A stretch of DNA of 64,000 bases, taken from Leptolyngbyaceae cyanobacterium. GTDB taxonomy: Bacteria; Cyanobacteriota; Cyanobacteriia; Phormidesmidales; Phormidesmidaceae. The notes under the pieces are model-generated. The model did no database searches. It saw nothing but the letters and a program-made list of their open reading frames with translations, and was not told the origin of the DNA. A program made the translations under genes and the position numbers. The first letter of the stretch is position 1. Each line of letters opens with the position of its first letter. Shown piece after piece: positions 10,736 to 19,836 of this stretch. The DNA is taken from positions 2,880,001-2,944,000 of the forward strand of contig CBDHHL010000032.1 of NCBI GenBank assembly GCA_965263355.1, given 5' to 3'.

Positions 10736-13700
10736 ATGGTTAAGCAGGTATCTCATCTTAAATATTCATCTCAGCAGAGTGATTCTTCTGTTGTAGAGAC
10801 GTCAGGATCTGGTGATAAATCTGATCAGCTTGTAATCTCATCTACCTTTACGGCAGAGCCTATTCAGGAAACTTTGCAGTTTTGGCTGGCGCAGCTTGGG
10901 TTGCCATGGGTAGTTTCGTTTGCTGATTATAATCAAGTTTTTCAGCAACTTCTCAATCCGACGAGTCTGATGGCTCAAAATCAGGGGGGAGTGAATCTTG
11001 TTTTACTGCGTATTGAAGATTGGGGCCGATTTCAATCGTTGTCTGGTGATGATCGCTTAGACGATGACTCAGACGAGTGGAAACTATCCCTAGAACACAG
11101 TGCCCAGGACTTTATCGATGCGATGGGCACTGTCGCTCGTCAATCGTCTACGTCTTATTTAGTTGCGTTTTGTCCCAGTAAACCTGGAATATCAGCTGTC
11201 CATGATCAGTGGTATACACGCTTGGAGGGCACAATTGCAGAGGCCCTGGCCCCCTTGCAAAGTGTATATCTGATACGCTCGGCAGATATTTTCTCTCGCT
11301 ATCCTGTCCCTGACTACTATGACGAAAGTCGAGATCGCGTAGGTCATATTCCTTACACTGATCTTGCATTTGCGGCTTTAGGGACCGTGTTAGCACGTGA
11401 AATTTACGCGCTTAAGCGCCCGCCATATAAGGTAATTGCCCTTGATTGCGATCGCACTCTATGGAGCGGTATCTGTGGTGAGGATGGTCCGTTAGGGGTT
11501 GCAGTTGATGAGCCTTTCAAAGCATTACAGTCGTTTATGGTGCGTTGTAGTGAGTTAGGACTGTTGCTTTGTTTGTGTAGTAAAAATGTCGAAGAAGATG
11601 TTTGGCAAGTCTTTTCTCAGCGGGATGATATGGTGCTCAGCCGTGACCATATTGTAGCTTGGCGAATTAATTGGGAACCTAAATCGGAAAATTTGAGATC
11701 ACTGGCTGCAGAACTTAATCTGGGCCTGGATAGCTTTATCTTTGTTGACGATAACCCGGTTGAATGTTCTGAAGTGCAGGCACGTTGCCCAGAGGTATTA
11801 ACACTACAGCTGCCCAATGATCCTGATAAGATTCCGGCTTTTTTAGATCATATTTGGCCTTTCGATCTGCTCAAAGTCACGGATGCTGATAAACAACGCA
11901 CTCAGCTCTATCAGCAAAACCGGAAACGTAGCAAGTTTGAGCAGGAATCTATTGACTTCCAATCCTTTATCCAAGGATTGCAGATTGATATTCAGATTAT
12001 GCCACCGTTGCCATCGCAGATGGGGCGTGTGGCTCAGCTTACCCAGCGGACCAATCAGTTTAATGCCACTACCCGTCGTCGTACTGAGTCTGAGATTCAG
12101 CATTGGTGTGAGGCCCAAGGCTATGGCTGTCGGGCGGTCGTGGTTAAGGATCGCTTTGGCGATTATGGTTTAGTTGGGGTCATGTTGTTTCAGTTGCAGG
12201 ATGATACGTTAGAAGTAGATACCTTGTTGTTAAGCTGCCGGGTTTTAGGGCGTGGTGTGGAGTATCGGATGGTTGCTCACCTTGGTGAGATTGCAACCAA
12301 ACAAAATCTCTCATCTGTTGTTATTAAGTATATTCCTACACCTAAAAATAAGCCCATGGACAAATTTTTATCATCCATCGGCCATCCATATTGCCACCCT
12401 CAATCAAGTTATACCAGCTATAGTTTCCCCACCGAGTTTGCCAGTAATCTTACTTTTGAAGTTAGTGAACTTGAAAATCAGCAGCATGTTAATGCTGCTG
12501 GTACAGCATCTACTAAAAAGACAGCAACTTCTCTGACCACTTCCTCTGAGATAGGTATTAACAAGAAATCTGAAAGATGGAATCATATTGCTGTAGCCTT
12601 GACAACACCCGCTCAGATTGTAGAAGCTGTTAATCAAGCTTTTCAGCGCCAAAATACATATACCTCCTCTACTAATAATCCATGGGTGGCACCGCGGACT
12701 GAAATAGAAACGACCCTAGCGAATATATGGTGTAAGACGCTACGGCTAGATTGTGTCAGCGTGCAGGATGATTTCTTTGCCCTGGGTGGAAACTCGCTTC
12801 TGGCGGTCGATGTTTTTACCCGTATTGAAGATATCTTTCGAAGACGTTTACCGATTACGACTCTTTTGAACGCGCCTACGATTGAACAATTGGCGCAAAT
12901 TGTAGAGCAGGACGATAGTCAAGATGTTTGGAATCCTCTTGTACCTGTTAGGGAGAACGGAGAGCGTCCTCCCCTATTTGTTGTGCATGGAGGCTTTGGA
13001 GATGCCTTAAGTATTGCTCAGATTGCACCACATCTGAGTAGCAATCAACCCTTTTATGCCTTGAGAGGGGTAGGCTTAGATGGTAAGCAGCTACCCCTAG
13101 AGAATCTTGAAACAATGGCGTCCAAGTATCTAGAAGCCATTAAAGTAGTTTTCCCCCAGGGGCCTTATCGCTTAGCAGGTCAATGTTCTGGGGGGATTGT
13201 CGCCTTTGAAATGGCCCAACAACTGATAGCACAAGGTGAGCAGGTCGACTTTTTAGGGTTAATTGATACACCCTACCCTCAATTAGAAAATCATTTTAAT
13301 AATCGTTACCGCTATTACCACCATTTCCCTACCTATCGCTACGGGCAGTGGGATATAAATTACTATCTTTTTACTGCAATTGTCTATTTATTCCGTAAAT
13401 GGCCTCATATGTTTCGATATCATTACCGAGAGTTGGTTAAGCAAAGCTGGCAGGGACGCTTAGAATATGTAGTCAGTTATTTGCGTAAGCTAATAGAAAT
13501 TCTAAGTCGTCGGTTAGAGGTGCGTAAAAAACATATAGATGTAGCGCCTTCATCTTCTCATCATCATTCTTCTAAGAGAGATACTCAAACTAATCCTGTA
13601 GCGAGTGGATTAACAGCTTCTTCTGAAGATCTGCCACAAATATCCAGCTCATCCCAAGAAAATTTTCGTTGGGTGAAAGATCGTTTTTTTGAAGTCTTCT

Positions 13701-13987
13701 TGAGAGCTCAAAAGCGTTATATGCCCAAAGCCTATCCTGGCAAGATTCATTTCTTTTTAACAACCTTAGATACCTATGTTTCTAAGCACCATCCTTATAA
13801 TCCACGCTCTTTTGTCCTGAACAAAAATATAGTGGCGTCGGTCGCTCAGCTTCGATTTGGCTGGGATAAGTTAGTAGAGCCTGAGAATTTTAGAATCCAT
13901 CCTATGCAGATTGAACATGATCAAATGCTTGATTTACCCTATGTTCAGTTACTAGGCAAAGCTTTAGACGAGCACTTGCAGAAATAA
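10736..13987 (+). CDS. FkbH-like (HAD-IIIC) glyceryl transferase/phosphatase fused to a carrier protein and a thioesterase domain
   Basis: LDCDRTLW, CSKN, INWEPKS, FVDDNPVE, QRTNQFN, DRFGDYG, SCRVLGRG (FkbH); DDFFALGGNSL (phosphopantetheine Ser); LAGQCSGGIVAFEMA and IEHDQML (thioesterase fold). Confidence 0.9.
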   Translation: MVKQVSHLKYSSQQSDSSVVETSGSGDKSDQLVISSTFTAEPIQETLQFWLAQLGLPWVVSFADYNQVFQQLLNPTSLMAQNQGGVNLVLLRIEDWGRFQSLSGDDRLDDDSDEWKLSLEHSAQDFIDAMGTVARQSSTSYLVAFCPSKPGISAVHDQWYTRLEGTIAEALAPLQSVYLIRSADIFSRYPVPDYYDESRDRVGHIPYTDLAFAALGTVLAREIYALKRPPYKVIALDCDRTLWSGICGEDGPLGVAVDEPFKALQSFMVRCSELGLLLCLCSKNVEEDVWQVFSQRDDMVLSRDHIVAWRINWEPKSENLRSLAAELNLGLDSFIFVDDNPVECSEVQARCPEVLTLQLPNDPDKIPAFLDHIWPFDLLKVTDADKQRTQLYQQNRKRSKFEQESIDFQSFIQGLQIDIQIMPPLPSQMGRVAQLTQRTNQFNATTRRRTESEIQHWCEAQGYGCRAVVVKDRFGDYGLVGVMLFQLQDDTLEVDTLLLSCRVLGRGVEYRMVAHLGEIATKQNLSSVVIKYIPTPKNKPMDKFLSSIGHPYCHPQSSYTSYSFPTEFASNLTFEVSELENQQHVNAAGTASTKKTATSLTTSSEIGINKKSERWNHIAVALTTPAQIVEAVNQAFQRQNTYTSSTNNPWVAPRTEIETTLANIWCKTLRLDCVSVQDDFFALGGNSLLAVDVFTRIEDIFRRRLPITTLLNAPTIEQLAQIVEQDDSQDVWNPLVPVRENGERPPLFVVHGGFGDALSIAQIAPHLSSNQPFYALRGVGLDGKQLPLENLETMASKYLEAIKVVFPQGPYRLAGQCSGGIVAFEMAQQLIAQGEQVDFLGLIDTPYPQLENHFNNRYRYYHHFPTYRYGQWDINYYLFTAIVYLFRKWPHMFRYHYRELVKQSWQGRLEYVVSYLRKLIEILSRRLEVRKKHIDVAPSSSHHHSSKRDTQTNPVASGLTASSEDLPQISSSSQENFRWVKDRFFEVFLRAQKRYMPKAYPGKIHFFLTTLDTYVSKHHPYNPRSFVLNKNIVASVAQLRFGWDKLVEPENFRIHPMQIEHDQMLDLPYVQLLGKALDEHLQK

Positions 13988-14044
13988 TATTGAGATAGTT
14001 TAACGTCAATTCGGAATAAACAAGAGCATAGAAAGGAGGGCCGT

Positions 14045-14104
14045 TAAGCTGAGGTGACTCATCACTAAGGGTTGCTTAAACAGGCTTACCCCGAACTCAG
14101 GTGA
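14045..14104. repeat. Degenerate short MITE/SDR-like element
   Basis: Intergenic segment TAAGCTGAG...GCTTACCCCGAACTCAGGTGAA with imperfect terminal inverted repeats resembling cyanobacterial CCTGAGTTCG-ended small repeats. Confidence 0.35.
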
Positions 14105-14246
14105 ACTAGGAAACTAAACATTTACATATCCATGTTCAGTGAGGTATCCAAAGCTCTTGATAAATCTGATGTAGTAACTTGAGGATAGAGCAGCAGCAAG
14201 GCAGAAACTTTTCACTGCCCAATTTCGTCATCTTAATGTTAACAGG

Positions 14247-15257
14247 GTGAATCTCGATATCCTAGATAGGATGGTTTCTCATAAGCATATTCATAGCTTT
14301 ATTCGTATCTTGTTGAAGATAATGAATGTTGATTTACCGCTGATTTCAGTTATTATTCCAGCCTATAACTGTCAAGGGACCATTGTTGAAACATTGGGTT
14401 CTGTTTTTCAACAAACATACTCAAATATGGAGGTTATTGTTGTAAATGATGGTTCTACTGACGGCACTTTAGAAATTCTGAAGAACTTTCAGGATTCTCG
14501 GCTACAAATTGTAACACAGCCTAATGCTGGCGTTTCTGTGAGCCGTAATCGTGGAATTAACCTTGCAAAGGGTGATTTTATTGCTTTTCTGGATGCTGAT
14601 GACCTCTGGTTGTCAAATAAATTAATCGAGCAGATAATGGCTTTGCAAACAGCACCTCACGCAGCTGTTGCCTATAGCTGGACAGATTATATTGATCAAG
14701 CTGGTAATTTTCTGCGAAATGGCTACTACTGTAACTTTCAGGGGAACGTTCATCGTCGATTATTACTTGGTTGCTTTCTTGAGAGTGGTTCCAATCCTTT
14801 AATTCGTCGTAGTCTATTAAAGACTGTTGGTGGCTTTGATGAGTCTTTGATCACCTGTGAAGACTGGGATCTATGGATTCGTCTAGCCCTAAAATATGAG
14901 TTTATTGTTGTTCCACAGGTACATGTACAATACAGGGTTGTAACCAACTCTAAATCCTTTCTCTTAGATAAACACGAAGCAGGTGGTTTAACCGTTATCA
15001 ATAAAGCATTTTTGCAAGCATCAGATTCTGTCGAGCCAATGAGGTCTAAAGCGTTATCTAACTTTTATAAGTATCTGCTCTTTAAACTATTAGATGCACC
15101 TAAGACCTCCGGTTCGAAGGAGATGCATGGGCCAAAAACTGCCCTTAGATACCTAAGCCTTTCCGTGTACCATAATCCTCAGTTATTACGACAGATGACA
15201 GTTATTCTTTCGGCACTTATCAAAATTCTAGCTATATCAGTGCAGCCATTCTATTGA
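14247..15257 (+). CDS. GT2 glycosyltransferase
   Basis: ISVIIPAYN, VNDGSTD, FLDADD, EDWDLW; likely start ATG at 14322. Confidence 0.92.
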   Translation: MNLDILDRMVSHKHIHSFIRILLKIMNVDLPLISVIIPAYNCQGTIVETLGSVFQQTYSNMEVIVVNDGSTDGTLEILKNFQDSRLQIVTQPNAGVSVSRNRGINLAKGDFIAFLDADDLWLSNKLIEQIMALQTAPHAAVAYSWTDYIDQAGNFLRNGYYCNFQGNVHRRLLLGCFLESGSNPLIRRSLLKTVGGFDESLITCEDWDLWIRLALKYEFIVVPQVHVQYRVVTNSKSFLLDKHEAGGLTVINKAFLQASDSVEPMRSKALSNFYKYLLFKLLDAPKTSGSKEMHGPKTALRYLSLSVYHNPQLLRQMTVILSALIKILAISVQPFY

Positions 15258-15335
15258 TTGCGTAGTGTCCAAGTAGGTGTTGATTATAGACACTGCCGAC
15301 AGTAACTCTGAAAAACTGCACTATTAACAACGGCT

Positions 15336-16502
15336 ATGTCAATTAGTAAAAAAAGATTGAAAATTCTGTTGTATGGTAATTTTTTTGGGGCTTATCGCTC
15401 TCAAAATTTAGTGAAGTATTTATTGGACTCAGGTTATCGAGTGTCGATAATATCGCCTGAGTTTTTCTATGAAAGAGGTGAAAAAAAGGATATTTTTGCC
15501 AAAGTTCTGCGTTTGATTTTTTCAGGTTATTACCTGATTGAGCTTTGTATTAAAGCAGCTTTAGCAGATGTCATTTATTTATTGCCACTAAATAGTGAGC
15601 TGATTCGTCCAGTTGTGTGGACTAGCCGATTATTTAGAACTAAATTGGTGGTCGAGATGTATATCTCAGCCTACGATACATTAGTCCGTGAGAAACAGGA
15701 GGTGCCTGCAGGAAGTGCTGCAGCACAGTTACTGTATAGGAATGATCGACTTGCCCTCACTGAAGCTGACTATATCGTTCATCTGTCTCGCTATGAGTTG
15801 AGTTATTGGGAAAAGATCCTGGATGTCAAATTGTTAGATCAAAAGCTTTTGATTGCCCCTTTATTTTGTGAATCGAGGTTACAAATGTTTCGGCATGAGA
15901 GAATTCCTGCACAATGCTTACATATTTGCTGGTGGGGAACTTTGATCCCCAGTCACGGAATTTCCAATATTCTTGAAGCTCTTCATATATTACAGATTCG
16001 AGGCTTAGATTTTTCGTGTCAGTTGTTTGGTATTCCAGCTAAAGGCAAAGAGTATTTAGTTAAAACCTATAAAACTCAAATTGATCAGTTAGAACTAAGT
16101 GAAAAGGTCACCTTACGTCAAGATTTGAAGTTTACGGATAGCTCATTGCCTCAGTATCTTGTCGAAAATTGTGATCTTGCTTTAGGAATTTTTGGCGATA
16201 CTGAAAAAGCCCAGTCTACTGTTCCTAATAAATTGGTTGAAGCTTTAGTGCTTGGCATTCCTAGTTTAACAATGTCTACGCCTTCTCTTGACGAATTTTT
16301 TGACCCTGAAGTAGATTTATGGACCTGTGAATCTACCCCTGAGATCATTGCTAATACCATTAGTCAAATTTATGAGAAAACTATTTATCAGGTTGATTGG
16401 GCTAAAACAAGAGAAAAAGTGTGTCAAATATTCTCTGTTAACAAGTACCATCAAATGGTTGAACAGGTTTTAAATACTGTTGTTTATGATATTAATCACT
16501 AA
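15336..16502 (+). CDS. GT4-like glycosyltransferase (paralogue of 4412..5602)
   Basis: CWWGTLIPSHG, CDLALGIFGDTEKA..VPNKLVEAL. Confidence 0.85.
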   Translation: MSISKKRLKILLYGNFFGAYRSQNLVKYLLDSGYRVSIISPEFFYERGEKKDIFAKVLRLIFSGYYLIELCIKAALADVIYLLPLNSELIRPVVWTSRLFRTKLVVEMYISAYDTLVREKQEVPAGSAAAQLLYRNDRLALTEADYIVHLSRYELSYWEKILDVKLLDQKLLIAPLFCESRLQMFRHERIPAQCLHICWWGTLIPSHGISNILEALHILQIRGLDFSCQLFGIPAKGKEYLVKTYKTQIDQLELSEKVTLRQDLKFTDSSLPQYLVENCDLALGIFGDTEKAQSTVPNKLVEALVLGIPSLTMSTPSLDEFFDPEVDLWTCESTPEIIANTISQIYEKTIYQVDWAKTREKVCQIFSVNKYHQMVEQVLNTVVYDINH

Positions 16503-16632
16503 TTTGACTGGGTCTTATCTAGATAACTTAGCCTACATGTTTTTTTGGGAACCTTCCTCAATTTTTGGAAAGCATTGCTTGCAAATATTTTTAGATGCTA
16601 AAGATCATTAAATAGCTCTTTATTGATAAAGT

Positions 16633-17571
16633 ATGAATTATCAAAAATCCTTGGAAAATAATGCGATTCAGTATTCAAAAATAACTTCTAAAAAATCATC
16701 TAGCTTTAATAGATTTGAAAATCTTCAAGATTATCAGTACTTAAAGAACTATCAGATTGTCGTCCTTCCAGATAGTGAAATTATAAATAACCTTTGCGTC
16801 ATCTACTGTTCTAGTCATGGTATCTATCCCGATAGGAAGTCTGCTTTCTATAAGCATGTTGTCGAGCAGGATAGATATGAATGGAAACGTAATATGATAA
16901 AAAATGCTAAAAAGTCTATTTTTATCAGAGATTTGAAGAAGCAATGGTATTTAGAAGGAATTAATTCATCCATTAACTCACTTAGTAAGTTATTAGACTT
17001 TTTGCAAGAAGAGATTGCTGATATGAATCTAATATGTATTGGTAATTCAGCTGGAGGATATTTAGCGACTCTCTTAGGTTGTGAATTGAAAGCTTCTCAT
17101 GTATTTACCTTTTCAGGTCAGTTTTCTCTGTATCCTTATCTAGAGAATCAGAAAAATCCAGTTTTGATGAAATATCAAGGAACACAGCTAGCTCAATCTT
17201 TTTATTCATTGGCGTCTAGATTGAAATCAAGTCAAGTTCCAATTTTTTATTTTTATCCTATCGGTAGTCAATCTGATCAAAAACAAGTTTTAACGCTGAA
17301 GAATATATCTAATATTTATAAAATCCCATTCAAAGTGAGTAAACATGGTAAAACTTGTTTACCTATTAATTTTTCAAACTTGTTTAGGATGAATGTATCA
17401 GAACTGAAAAGTTTAAGTGAAAAGTTTTCAGATGGCGTTCATCCCATATGCTTTTCAATTGAAATATCAGGGTATAGAAAAACATTTATGTTTTTGATTG
17501 AACGATATTTCAAACAATGTTGGCGCTATTGCAAATTAAATCTGAAAATTTTTCCAAGCATTAGAGCTTGA
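16633..17571 (+). CDS. Alpha/beta-hydrolase-like protein, very AT-rich
   Basis: FIRDLKKQWY and CIGNSAGGY nucleophile elbow; late H in SKHG. Confidence 0.6.
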   Translation: MNYQKSLENNAIQYSKITSKKSSSFNRFENLQDYQYLKNYQIVVLPDSEIINNLCVIYCSSHGIYPDRKSAFYKHVVEQDRYEWKRNMIKNAKKSIFIRDLKKQWYLEGINSSINSLSKLLDFLQEEIADMNLICIGNSAGGYLATLLGCELKASHVFTFSGQFSLYPYLENQKNPVLMKYQGTQLAQSFYSLASRLKSSQVPIFYFYPIGSQSDQKQVLTLKNISNIYKIPFKVSKHGKTCLPINFSNLFRMNVSELKSLSEKFSDGVHPICFSIEISGYRKTFMFLIERYFKQCWRYCKLNLKIFPSIRA

Positions 17572-17638
17572 TGCCTTACTAGATGGCTTGATTCAAGTTG
17601 TCTTTAATGTCTGGGTGTAATTGTTTGAGCGCATTGAG

Positions 17639-18523
17639 TTAATGAATTGACGCAGTTTTCATAGGTAGAATAGCTAAATTTCTTTCCTCTTCATTGAAAA
17701 CGGAGATTTGATCCTTATCTAACTTTTTTTGACGTGAAATTTTGCCTGATTTCAATACAACTGAATCATCTCCGTATCTAAGGATGCCCGTGGTTTTAGA
17801 GACTGTGTATTCCTCAGAAAATGTAGCTTGGGTTTGGAGAAATGATTTGAATTTATTTAAAGACTTATCTGTTTGGTGCAGTAAATCTTCATACTTTACG
17901 AATAAACAACGCTCCTGATCGTCGATTTGCTGTGCTCGTTTTTGTAGGAAGTCGAGACGTTCTTGATAATACTGAAACCAGGTATCGAAATTTTGATATT
18001 GCCTAAGTCCATAGCAATTCTTACCAAGTTTAGCAGCACTTTCGAATGAGGCAGCCGGATCCCTTAGTAAAAAAATAAATTTGACCCATTTATTTGTCAG
18101 AATAGTATTTGATAAGTCATGGTTTCTAACTATCTTATCCATGACATAACTGGCATTGTCAAAGTCAAAAGAATTTTGGATAACAGCAGTTCTGTATATC
18201 AGCTTTTCTAGATCTTGATAGCTTGAATACGTGCAATGGCTTTCACCAAAACCCTCAATTTCAGGATTACTGTTTAGTAAATGGACGAGTAAAGAAGATC
18301 CAGAGCGCATGGGAGAGAGTACAAGTAGGTAACGTAGTTGATGGTTGCGCTTACCTAATCGATATTGAAAATAAGGTTTTAATAGTTTGTAGGCGTAAAG
18401 CTCAAATAATGTCTTGCTGGCTTGCTGGGCAAGAACTGATCTGTAGCTATTCACAAAAAATAAGCGCACCCTTTCAGGGATGCGTATTCGTATATGGAAC
18501 CTACTATTTGCTTTGGCGCTCAT
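17639..18523 (-). CDS. Sulfotransferase-family protein (C-terminus possibly frameshifted)
   Basis: LSPMRSGSSLL 5'-PSB-like loop, FLLRDP, VKYEDL. Confidence 0.8.
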   Translation of the reverse strand: MSAKANSRFHIRIRIPERVRLFFVNSYRSVLAQQASKTLFELYAYKLLKPYFQYRLGKRNHQLRYLLVLSPMRSGSSLLVHLLNSNPEIEGFGESHCTYSSYQDLEKLIYRTAVIQNSFDFDNASYVMDKIVRNHDLSNTILTNKWVKFIFLLRDPAASFESAAKLGKNCYGLRQYQNFDTWFQYYQERLDFLQKRAQQIDDQERCLFVKYEDLLHQTDKSLNKFKSFLQTQATFSEEYTVSKTTGILRYGDDSVVLKSGKISRQKKLDKDQISVFNEEERNLAILPMKTASIH

Positions 18524-18814
18524 AGTATCTACCTATGTAATGTGCTATCCAGATGTGAGACCTTGGATTGTCGATTCTATGCTTATGTCTATCTTTTATG
18601 CGCTCACTCTGAGTAACTTGCTATTAATTTCTACTATTTCTAAAAGCTCTTAATATATTTATCAGCATGCTTTAAGTAAGCTTTATAAAATGGTGAGATT
18701 TGTTTGATGTTCTAATCCAGAAATTGTAGATTTTATTGTCATATTTCTATGAGATTTATGTTGCTCTGAATAAATTCGGCTTAAGCTATAAGTTTATTGT
18801 ATACATAGGGCTAA

Positions 18815-19726
18815 ATGATGCTGAAGGATTTTAAAGTAACCTTTATTCAGGAACTGCTCAAGCGTAACTTTTATCTTTCGAATCTCTATGAGAATAGAAA
18901 AGTCGCAAGGAGTGATGCGAAGACAAATAAAATCCTGGTCTACCAGATGGGAAAGGTAGCTTCAACTAGTCTGTATAAAACACTTAAAAAACTACAACTA
19001 GATGCTTCTATCTACCATTTACATGTTCTGCAACCGTCATCTATCGATAGAGTGATGCAATCCTATAAGCGTAGATTCTTACATACTCCTAGGATTGATG
19101 AACATATTATTCATAGTCAATATCTTAGAAGGGCTTTGAATAAAGGTTTTGAAACGTTAAACCCAAAGTGGAAAATAATAACTTTGGTTCGAGACCCAAT
19201 TGCTCGCAATATTTCAGAGTTTTTTCAAAGATTACCTCATGAATCTGGATTTGTGAGTATAGAGGATGAAAAGAATATTGACTTGAGTGTACAAAGCCTA
19301 ATTCAAAATTATTTTCAAATCTATAACAATAAACCCCATCCATTTAATTGGTTAGATTTAGAGTTAAGAGCAGTTTTTGACATTGATATTCCATTGTGTG
19401 ATTTTCCTAAAGCTAACGGATTTAAGATTTATACGTACGATCACGTTGATGTACTACTTATAAAACTTGAGAAACTTAATGAGTGTGTCAATGAAGCACT
19501 GGTTGAGTTTTTGAATCTTAAAAGAGATAAAGAAATAAATCTTGTTAAGGCTAATGAGTCAAGTCAGAAAAAGCAAGGAGAACTCTACACAAGATTTAAG
19601 AAGTTGATTGAGTTTTCTCCTGAGTATCTAGATAAAATGTATAAACAAAAACAACTTGAAGAAATTTACAGTGAAGTTGAAATTGAGCATTTCTATCGTC
19701 GATGGCGAGTTATGAAAAGTATTTGA
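18815..19726 (+). CDS. Putative capsular polysaccharide synthesis protein (sulfotransferase-like fold)
   Basis: VYQMGKVASTSL, KIITLVRDPIARNISEFFQ, C-term F...W pattern. Confidence 0.78.
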   Translation: MMLKDFKVTFIQELLKRNFYLSNLYENRKVARSDAKTNKILVYQMGKVASTSLYKTLKKLQLDASIYHLHVLQPSSIDRVMQSYKRRFLHTPRIDEHIIHSQYLRRALNKGFETLNPKWKIITLVRDPIARNISEFFQRLPHESGFVSIEDEKNIDLSVQSLIQNYFQIYNNKPHPFNWLDLELRAVFDIDIPLCDFPKANGFKIYTYDHVDVLLIKLEKLNECVNEALVEFLNLKRDKEINLVKANESSQKKQGELYTRFKKLIEFSPEYLDKMYKQKQLEEIYSEVEIEHFYRRWRVMKSI

Positions 19727-19836
19727 GTACTTTCCTTTAGAGGGATGTCTTAACGGGAAACTGTGATAATTGCTAAATAAGCGGTATTAATTTAGTTAGA
19801 CATCAAAATCGGCAAGGTGCTGCGCTGCAGGTTACT

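Noticed and set aside
10736..13987. NRPS/PKS biosynthetic gene cluster
   Set aside because: No adenylation, condensation or ketosynthase domains in the window.
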